Assembly: GCF_001194135.2 (NCBI RefSeq)
Contig: NC_068997.1
Location: forward strand, 49,596,082 to 49,642,737
Reading direction: 5' to 3'
Length of the DNA: 46,656 bases
From: Octopus bimaculoides
Taxonomy: Eukaryota
This document shows positions 37,346-46,656 of this stretch, one piece after another. Within the stretch, counting starts at the first letter, position 1, and each line of letters begins with the position of its first letter. A program made the position numbers and the translations under genes. Below the pieces are notes generated by a model that had not been told where the DNA came from, made no database searches, and worked only from the letters and a program-made list of their open reading frames with translations.

Positions 37346-37600
37346 GACCCACTCTGAAACCTAATTATCGCTCCACTCAAACGCACACACATCTGAGGAA
37401 GATTTTAACTCAACAGAGATAATATAAAACCAAGATTACCTTCAGTGCATCACAATCCCACGATGACTTAACTCACCGAAACCTCGAAGTCACTATCAAT
37501 AATATTCTTATTTGAGAATAATAAATTTGTACTCGACAAAAATATAGAGTAACCAGTCAAATTAATGTAAAACTGTTTTCATTATAACTGAACAAAAACG

Positions 37601-37640
<40 letters not shown>

Positions 37641-38086
37641 GTGAGTGTGTAAAAGCTGTTCTAAAGACAACTCGGTTTCCCGTTGCCATAAGATGACAGT
37701 GTATTCACCGTAGTGTCTTGATTTTTTAAATATTGTTCTTAGCCAAAGATCACAGGAGACAGTAATATGTTGAGCTCTGAGCTTATGTTAAATGGAAAGC
37801 ACTTTGAGTATCTTTCTCAAAACAACTACTTACTTGATCAGATCCTGAGTCAGAATCTGCTACAGAGATATTTATGAATTCATGCATTTGAGCTGGGAAG
37901 GCTATTGTATGTTACTTCTCTCAGTATTCACATAAACGAAAGAAAGAATAATATATTCCCCCATCTTTCGACAACAGAACAACCTCCCTTCCTTAATTAT
38001 CCCCCTTTGTTACTTACTCTCTAATACTAAAGAAAATAAACTTTGTACTTTCACTTGTATTTTATTTTTATTTTTATTATTACTAG

Positions 38087-38653
38087 AGTGTGGAGGCAAG
38101 CCAGCGGACGTATACTTTCTACTAGATTCTTCCAGTAGTATATGGCAACCTGATTTTAAGAAAGAACTATCGTTTGTGGAACATGTTATGGATCTTTTCA
38201 ATACAGAAAACAGTAACACGAAGATCGCTTTGGTTACCTTCAGCGACAAGGTACAACCAGTAATAAGTCTTGGCTCCTATAATAAAAGCAAAGTGAACGA
38301 GGTCCTTTCTCGGCCGGAAATTTATTTGACTGGTGGAGAGACAGATACGGCTAAGGCCATTAAATATGTGAGAGAGAACGGTTTCCAGGGACCACTGGCA
38401 CGTAAAGGAGTGGCCCAAATTATGGTCGTTTTGACCGACGGCCAGTCAAGAGATTACAACAGTACGGTTCGAGAATCTCGTCTCACTCACCAGGCAGGTA
38501 TCTATGTGTTCGCTATAGGTATCGGAAAGGATGCTGATTACAAAGAATTGAAGCAAATCGCCAGTGACCCGGATATAAACTTCGTCTTTCGTGTCGATGT
38601 CTTTGATGCATTGGATTCAATAAAAGATATTTTGGTTTTCAAAACTTGTGAGG
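38087..38653 (+). CDS. VWA domain exon 2
   Basis: T-rich ACTAG| acceptor and G|GTGAGT donor; 567 nt, phase 1-1. Reads CGGKPADVYFLLDSSSSIW (MIDAS)...GGETDTAKAI...VVLTDGQS...VFAIGIG...FKTCE. Confidence 0.95.
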
Positions 38654-38774
38654 GTGAGTTTTCAAAGATATATTTATTGCCAGAGAACAGCGACTACCTC
38701 TTGCTACCTACCCGCTTACAACCATGACAGTCGAAAAGGAGGCAAACACATAGATAGATAAACACACATACACG

Positions 38775-38821
<47 letters not shown>

Positions 38822-38850
38822 CTATACATACATATATACATATGTGTAAA

Positions 38851-38886
<36 letters not shown>

Positions 38887-39480
38887 TATATATGTATGTA
38901 TATATGAATATGTATATATATGCATATATACATACATACATACATGGAAGAAAAAGAAACCAGACAGATGGGGAAACAGAAAATATTTACTTTACGTTGT
39001 TTCGTTTCTTTAGTTTTAAATACAGAATGACCCACTTTTTGTGAGGTTTATACATACTTACGCATATATGTACCCATGCAAACACACACATAAATACACA
39101 CAGATATAAATATATGCATACTTATACACATGCTATACTTGCAAATGAGAGAAGACTCAATACATGATATAGAACAACATAAAATAATTATTTATAGATT
39201 ACTAATTAGATATTAATTCCTTTGGTTCTCAGTGTATGCAGTTGCTTTGTGCTCTTGAAAGATGTGGCTACGCTCATCTCGGGCTAGTGGTCCCTGAGAC
39301 ATCACTGTGCGTAGAGCCGACCAGGTCCGCCAGTGGTCTCCACCACTGGCGGCCCAAAGCTAAATTGAGTGATCGACCACTGTTTCACTAACGATGATGG
39401 ACGACAGTTTTTCCTTAAAACGGTTGTGTGTGTCCAGGCAGATTTCTTAGTAGAAAAATTCAACATCCTGAAAAACAGCC

Positions 39481-39553
<73 letters not shown>

Positions 39554-39726
39554 GACTTCGGCCATGCTGGTGCACCGTCTTGAAGGGTTTCGTAGTCAGA
39601 GTCGATCCTAATACTTACTGTTTTAACTCTGGTAATTCTAACGCTTACTTCTGCCGAACCACTATGTTACGCGGACGTGAATAAGCCAACACGCGTTGCC
39701 AACAGGTGCGATGGGACAAGCAAAAC

Positions 39727-39772
<46 letters not shown>

Positions 39773-39866
39773 CACACACACATATACACATGTCAGTATA
39801 TAACGGTCTTCCGTCTACCAAATCCACTCACAAGGCATTAAGCCAGTCCGGACCTACAGTAAAAGA
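39554..39866 (-). mobile_element. SINE family C, headless degenerate copy
   Basis: Tail CGGCCATGCTGG, GCCGAACC..TTACGCGGACGT, internal microsatellite, then CCGTCTACCAAATCCACTCACAAGGC. Confidence 0.75.
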
Positions 39867-40398
39867 GCAAGACATATGACGTCTTTCTCTTTTATAGTAA
39901 CCTCGGACATACATAATCATATGTGCATAAATAAATATATAATGAGATAGGTCCGTTTAGGTGGACGGAGCACAACATGAGTAGAAACCGAATATGATGT
40001 AAAAGAATATATTCCAGTCATGCAAATGAAAATGCTTAACTTCTGCTTTGATTTGATATCTCCAAATATATTTATTGAATTCAGATACAGTCGGATTACG
40101 AATATTTAGTCATTCATCCGTTGTATGAAGCTACAGGTTGCCTTCAGCTTTTTAAGATATCCTCTCATTTATTTTTTTGGCTTTTTTTTTTTTGTTTTGG
40201 TTCTAGTTTTGGCAAGCGTTATTTACAGATTTACCATATATATATATATATATACATAATACACACACATATATATATACTTATATATTTTTACATATAT
40301 ATTATAATACATAATACGTACACACATATATATAATACATCCACAATACATATTTATATATGTATGTATGTGTATGTATGTGTGTATACGTATATACG

Positions 40399-40440
<42 letters not shown>

Positions 40441-41267
40441 TGTATTTGTGCGTGTGTATATGTATATATATGTGTGTGTGTGTGTTGCTTCATTGATCAG
40501 GCCCCCCCCTTTAATTTGTTGTATGCCAATCACCTTTTGCACGATCATAAGAATACTAACCCGTCTCCTCCCTCACTCTTACCCCATTACTCCTACTCTC
40601 TATATTTCATTTCAACACCATCTCTCTCCCTACTTCTCTCTCTTTCATTTGTTTTACCTCTCTCTTCTTCATCTTTTTACCCACCTTTCGTTTTTGCCTT
40701 TTACCATTTTCCAAGTCCTATTTGCCATGATTTGCCTTCTATGATCGCTGTTAATACAAAATGGAAGTTTTGTTCAACTTCCTTATGCATGTGCATATTG
40801 ATTTTTTATACATATATTTTTTATACATATATTTTTTATACATATTTTTTTTATACATATATATTTTTTACGCATTCTTATACATATGCGAGCTATACGC
40901 ATGCGCATACTTAATTTTATGCACGTATAAATGATTTTTCGAGGCATGCATATGTATATTGTCAAATATAACGGAGACGGCACTCACTGAGTCTCGACAC
41001 TGGCCTTAGTGTTTATTTTGTCAAATGTTTTATCTCCAATCATACGAAATTATTATCGTATTTGACCATTTGTTCTTGACTATGTGTTTTGTTCCATACG
41101 AGAAATGTCTACGAGGATGAGAACGTAAATAGTTGAACTCTACACAAAGTATTTAAATCTTCGATCAAATTCTTCTGCAGTTGTTCTCTACAAACTTTTG
41201 TGGTTCGGGTTGGAATTTTGTAGTGGAGCAACCGCCCACTGTCATGATCCACGACTATATCTGTCAG

Positions 41268-41560
41268 TACAATTCTATATTTAAGAGATGAGGAATTATG
41301 TACATTGTTTACATTTGACGGATATTTGTCCTCATCTTGTTTGTTGTTAACACAACGTTTCGGCTGATATACCCGCCCCAGCTTTCATCAGAAGTGTCTT
41401 GGAGAAATTTCGAACCTGGGTTCTCTCTCATTCCTAAGTTATTTTTAGATGTTATTATTATTATTATTATTAATATTATTCAGGTCATTGCCTGGAATCA
41501 AACTCGGAATCTTAGGGTTAGTAGCCCGCGCTCTTAACCACTACACGATATGCCCGTGGG
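41268..41560 (-). mobile_element. tRNA-headed, hammerhead-bearing element, full-length copy
   Basis: A box GTAGTGGTTAAG, anticodon-like arm GGG-CTACTAA-CCC, B box GAGTTTGATTCC, (AAT)n, hammerhead core and a structured tail ending TATAGAATTGTA. Confidence 0.85.
41349..41398 (-). ncRNA. Minimal type I hammerhead ribozyme (Penelope-type), stem III intact
   Basis: GACAC-tt-CUGAUGA-A-AGCUG(loop)CAGCC-GAAA-CGU-U/GUGUU. Confidence 0.7.
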
Positions 41561-41770
41561 CGTAGTGGTTAAGAGCGCGGGCTACTAACCCCGAGATTCC
41601 GAGTTTGATTCCAGGCAATGACCTGTATCATCAAAAAAATACCTTAGGAATGAGAACCCAGGTTCGAAATTTCCTCAAAACACCTGATGAAGGCTGGAGG
41701 GTATATCAGCCGAAATTCTGTGTTAGCAACAAATAAGATGAGGACAAATATCCGTCAAATGTAAATAATG
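41559..41770 (+). mobile_element. Second, inverted copy of the same element, 3' truncated
   Basis: Reverse complement of 41301-41545, with 62/64 identity in the head and more differences in the body. Confidence 0.85.
41679..41724 (+). ncRNA. Minimal hammerhead, stem III mutated
   Basis: AACAC-CUGAUGA-A-GGCUG(gaggguauau)CAGCC-GAAA-UUCU-GUGUU: stems I and II are perfect, the ACGU palindrome is lost. Confidence 0.65.
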
Positions 41771-41879
41771 TATATCTGTCAGAGCCATGAACAGAACTAA
41801 CGATCATTTTCTGCAGTGATTCCTAATGTATAAAACAAAGTTGTGTAACAAAAGTAAATCATGATGAACGTAACTGTTT

Positions 41880-42250
41880 GCAATAGTTTTAATATACGCT
41901 GCAGGAGCTGGAGTTACCACGGCTGCTGGCACCAGTCTTGCCCTCCGGTCGATCCTCGTTAACGGATTTGAAGTGTACTCCTTCAGATCGCGGGACCTCG
42001 ACAGAGTCCCGCGTCGTTATTTTTCGTCACTACCTCCCCGTGCTGGGAGTGGGTAACTTGCGCGCTTGCTGCCTTCCTCGGATACTGTGGCCATTTCGCA
42101 TGCTCCCTCTCTGGAATTCGAAACCTGAATCTTATTTACCCATTTCCACTACAGTCAACATTCATCTTGCCTATCGACAGTTGAGAGGGCGCACTCGCGG
42201 GAGGAAGCCTCGTTGCGCGAAGGCTAATCGATCGTAGCCCGTGCGATTGC
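41880..42250 (-). pseudogene. 18S rRNA fragment (roughly the nt ~270-620 region)
   Basis: Minus strand carries GTGCCAGCAGCCGTGGTAACTCCAGCTCC, GGAAGGCAGCAAGCGCGCAAGTTACCCACTCCC, GAGGTAGTGACGAAAAATAAC and GCCCTCTCAACTGTCGAT: universal SSU motifs with substitutions. Confidence 0.92.
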
Positions 42251-43192
42251 ACTGACAGCCCTCCAAAATTTCGTGATGTATCCTCAAGGTTTCATCATGA
42301 CCAAGTATGACCTAACTGTGTTTATTTCCGATATTGAAATCATGGCATTTGTATAGCCATTTGGGTAGTGCTTTTGTTGTTTTATGTTGTGTTATTATAG
42401 TTTTTTGTAGCTGTTTTATTTTTCTCTTTTTTGCTGGAAGTTAAAATTCAAATGTAAAAATAAAAGCAAGATATAAATGTCTTGATCTTTAACATTTGAG
42501 AAAATGGTTTTGAATGAATGAAAGTTCCACAGCTATTTCACGCAGTTTGATCCTTCTTCACCTCTTCTTCATCAGCAGTATAGATCTCCTTCTCCTCCTA
42601 CTCCTCTTCATCATCATCGTTCTCATCATCATCCTCGCCCTCAACATCATTATCGTCGTCGTCGTAATTGCAATCGTCAGCACCATCATCGTCGACATCG
42701 TCGTCATCATGTCCATCATCTGTCATCGTCATCAGTATCATCTGTTTCATCGTAGTCATATGCGTATACACATACAGAGAGGTGGGGATTATGATGATGA
42801 TGGTGAAGGCAATGATGTTGACGATGGCGGCGAGAACTACGATGATGATCGCTGTATCCAAATACATTGTCACGTGTTAAACACACGTGCGCGCACACAG
42901 TATGTGTGTGTGTGTGTGTATGCATGTCTGTGTGTGTGTCTGCGTCTGTGTGTGTGTGTGTGGTGTGTGTGTTTGAATCTGTGTGCGCTGGCAATTATTC
43001 TTTGTGTCAAATATTTTACACCATTTTTCTCCTTCAAGCCATCAAATACTACCATCTAAATATCTTTCTATCTGGTCGTCTATATATTCTTATCCACTTC
43101 GTACACACACATACACACACACACATACACGCACTCTAATGCACAAATCTCCGCTCCTCACATTCATCTCGCTACTACCTACATTATCCAAT

Positions 43193-43285
<93 letters not shown>

Positions 43286-43383
43286 TAAACTGTGAGAACG
43301 ACCCTTAAGGAATCTAATTAATGATCTCCTAAGGTAAGTTCTTATGCTATATTGGTAACGGTTGCTACATCCTCTGGGAAAAT

Positions 43384-43414
<31 letters not shown>

Positions 43415-43792
43415 CGTATGTGTATATATACACACAGATATGAATAACCCTCTTATCCACACTCTGTCGTTTCCGTTCTCTCTCTCTCTTTCTCTCTCGA
43501 TTCACACCCGATACCTGGCCCTTGTGTTACATCAAAACACTTTATCAGAAGCAAATGGTGCTAACAGACACACACAGCTCATCACGCAACAACTTTATAG
43601 TGAAGTTATGGAAAACATGGCAGCGCATTAATTATAACAACGCACAAAATGCGCTGTTAATTGTGAGAAGTACTGGTTTTTAGTCTAACATTTTAAAGGG
43701 ATTCCTTCACCATGTTACTATAGCGATGTATATACGTACGTATGTGTGTGTGTAAATCTATATACCTACATACATTCACACACATCATTTAT

Positions 43793-43848
<56 letters not shown>

Positions 43849-44103
43849 AGAGCATATGTATATACATATAGATAAGTACGTATATGTTTCTGTGTATAAA
43901 TTTATGCATCACTATATATGTATATGTATGTGAGTGCGTTTATATATATCAGCAGGAAATCATACTGGCACTCATTTTGTGTGCGTGTGCGTGTGCGTTT
44001 GCGTGTATGTGTACGTGTGTATGAGTGCATAGCGTATATATATATGTATATACCACATCCAATATATGCGCATACACATGTGTGCTGCTGTGTGTGTATG
44101 TGC

Positions 44104-44146
<43 letters not shown>

Positions 44147-44640
44147 TATTTCTGTATACGCGTTTTGTGCGTGTTTGTGTGCGTACATGTATTTCAATAT
44201 ATACGTTGTTATTATTTTCATTTATTATTTCACCTCAACCGTTTTATATACTGTAATAGCTTTTAGTATAATATATTACAATATATTATATTATAATATA
44301 ATTATATTATATTATATTATATTATAATAGTATTGTGTAATGTTCTTTATTGCTCTAAACTGGAATGTCTATATTTTTTTTGAGCAATTTGCTAAAGCAA
44401 TCAAAAATAACCTCACTATATTTGTGAATTGTTTATTTCTATTATCAATATGTGTGTGTGTGTGTGTGTGCGTGCGTTTCTATTTGTGTGCTTACCACAC
44501 GCTGTTATATACGTATTTCTATGTGTGTCTGTGTTTGCATATGTGTATGTATGTGCGTACGTATACAATATAGAACAAAAGTAACATTTCCTTCGAAGAT
44601 CCTATGTGACAAATTTCAGTGTCTTCTTTTCTCGTTGCAG

Positions 44641-44673
44641 TTGCTGTTGAAAGACCAATGCGTAACCCTCCAG
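44641..44673 (+). CDS. Linker exon after VWA2 (V-AVERPMRNPP)
   Basis: TCTTCTTTTCTCGTTGCAG| acceptor and CAG|GTATGA donor; 33 nt, phase 1-1. Confidence 0.72.
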
Positions 44674-44934
44674 GTATGATCCTTTTCCACTATACACCTT
44701 TCAAGATTAAGTGAAACCAAGTATTGATATTTTGAATGCATTTATTACGTACGTTTCAGATAATCGAGTTGTAAACAAGACTGATATTTCATCTATTACA
44801 CAAAATCTTCCTCAGTTAAGGCATATCAGTATATGCGTGTGTTTGTATTTATATAGTACACCCATAAGACTTTGAAAATTAGAAGATATGTTGGATAACG
44901 TAGTGCTATATAGAACATGCTCGCATTTGCATTT

Positions 44935-45150
44935 GTACAAGTTGGCTCCAAGTCTCACCCAGAGACCTCAAGAGACAACAAGTTAGAAGTTCAAGTTGGT
45001 GTGCCTTTCAGTTGGAGGATTGAAAAGGCATGTCAAAAGAGGTCATCCTGTAGCACTTGTTCCTTCTGCCAGCCACCACAGCTGTGCATTATGCAATGGA
45101 ATGAGCAAATCTTTGGCCGGACTCAAGAGTCATACAAGCATCTCACATTG
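44935..45150 (+). mobile_element. Probable RTE LINE extreme C-terminus, decayed
   Basis: VQVGV..RIEKACQKR...(frameshift) KSLAGLKSHT resembles the terminal C2H2-like motif S..GL.SH of RTE ORFs. Confidence 0.5.
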
Positions 45151-45216
45151 CATCATCAATGACTCTTTTCGGTGATTCTTTCTGGCAATGGCTTTGCTCG
45201 TATACGAGAAAGCAGC

Positions 45217-45258
<42 letters not shown>

Positions 45259-46195
45259 CTTTGCCATTGGTCTCTTTATCCTTTTCTCTCTTTATACATG
45301 CACACGCTAATACACGGCCTATGTTATATTCCCCAGTCATGTTTATACAACGAAAGGGGCAAAACTACCCGGTATACAGCACTTACCCGGTATTACCAGT
45401 ATCTTTGGGTTTGGTTGAATCCAATACCCTTCATAACCTTATATATATATATATATATGTATATGTGTGTATATATAAATGTATGTATATCTGTACTGTG
45501 TAAACTAGGAGGCTTGGTGTGATGAAGAAGAAACCTGACTACGACCACCACCACCGCTGCAGTCTATCACTGCTTCTTAAACTAAATAAGAAGCATGACA
45601 CGTGCCATGACTATTCGGGGTGAGGTGGGGGTGGGGAAGAAACAAGCAAGAAAAAAATTGAAAAAGACAAACAAAAAAAAACATTAGTTCCGGGTGGTGG
45701 AATAATGGCGACGGTGGATGTTTTGGTTGTTGCAGTGGTGCATGATGGAGTAGGTCAGTGAATGGTTTTCTTTGGTAAGAACTGGTAAGAGGTGAAACAT
45801 GGACGAAGAAAAAGAAAAAGAAAAAGAGGTGGCGGAGGGGGAGGAGGATGAGCAGGAGGATGAAGGGAGAGGACAATAGGATGATGTGTTGAGGCAAATG
45901 AGATGAAAGGAGTGGTGAGAGTAGGTGTTTGATCACGTCAATGGATTTGTGCTTCTGCTGGCGAAGATAAATTTTCGGTTGTTAGTAATTATCCTAATTA
46001 GATACGATCATATTCTTCTTCGTTGATTTTGTTTGTTTTGTTTTTTTTTGTTTTTTTTTAGATTTTGAAACATTCGCTAGAGGGAGTTTTTGATTTATAA
46101 TTGCTAGGAAAATATATTACATATTTGAAAAGAATGAAACTCTATGTGCATTTTGTTGGTAGGGCATACTTTGCGCTGACATATTTTCCACTAAA

Positions 46196-46513
46196 TGGTA
46201 TTCCGTCAGTTACGACGATAAGTGTTCCATTCAGCCAATCAACTGAACGGTCTGCTCATGAAATTAGCATGCACCTGGCTGAGTACTCCACAGACACACG
46301 TACCCTTAAAGTAATTCCCAAGGGGATTCCGCGTAACAGAAAATGTCATTTGGCTGACCCTTCAAATTACTGGTACAACTTATTTTGCTATCTGCATCAA
46401 CTGAAGTAACGTGAAATAAAGTGTCTCACTCAAGGACACAAGGCGTCGCTTGAAATCGAACTCACGGCATCACGACCGAGTACCAAATACCCTATCCACT
46501 AACCCATGCGCTT
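46196..46513 (-). mobile_element. SINE family B, near full length
   Basis: Head with B box GAGTTCGATTTC, the GAGACACTTTATTTCACG body, and tail GTCGTAACTGACGGAATACC on the minus strand. Confidence 0.75.
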
Positions 46514-46515
46514 AT

Positions 46516-46656
46516 GTGAAGGCGCGTCGGTTAGTGGTCAGCAGGACACTTTATTTCCCGTTGCACCAGTCCATTTAGCTGACAACCATGAGTTGTACTT
46601 GTAATTCAAAGGACCAGCATTTTCACATTCACTGTCACGCTGAATAAATGAAATAT
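46516..46656 (+). mobile_element. SINE family B with head deletion, running off the window
   Basis: GTGAAGGCGCGTCGGTTAGTGGT followed by GACACTTTATTTCCCGTTGCACCAGTCCA. Confidence 0.7.

Noticed and set aside
40802-40870. ~15-bp TTTTTTATACATATA tandem; also the 20-bp duplication at ~34924-34968
   Set aside because: Ordinary slippage products with no further structure.
41559-41625. Possible tRNA-Ser gene
   Set aside because: T-stem and acceptor stem are broken and it is embedded in a repeat; a SINE-type head.

Overview
Repeat-dense, AT-rich eukaryotic DNA from a gapped draft assembly. The microsatellite load and SINE families look cephalopod, probably Octopus (inferred, not database-checked). 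One + strand gene can be reconstructed: a probably secreted multi-VWA extracellular-matrix protein (matrilin / collagen VI-XII VWA-like). It has two clear VWA exons (25031-25612, 38087-38653), short frame-preserving linker exons (29659-29733, 36074-36091, 44641-44673) and a probable signal-peptide exon (23345-23372). It continues beyond the window. The introns hold four or five tRNA-derived SINE families, decayed LINE 3' ends (RTE, L2/CR1-like, RLE-type), MITEs (piggyBac, Tc1/mariner, hAT-like, Merlin-like) and an antisense 18S rRNA fragment. The most unusual object is at 41256-41782: a head-to-head dimer of a ~290-bp element made of a tRNA-like Pol III head and a Penelope-type minimal hammerhead ribozyme, the whole dimer flanked by a 12-bp direct repeat. 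Almost all other listed ORFs are microsatellite or N-gap artefacts.
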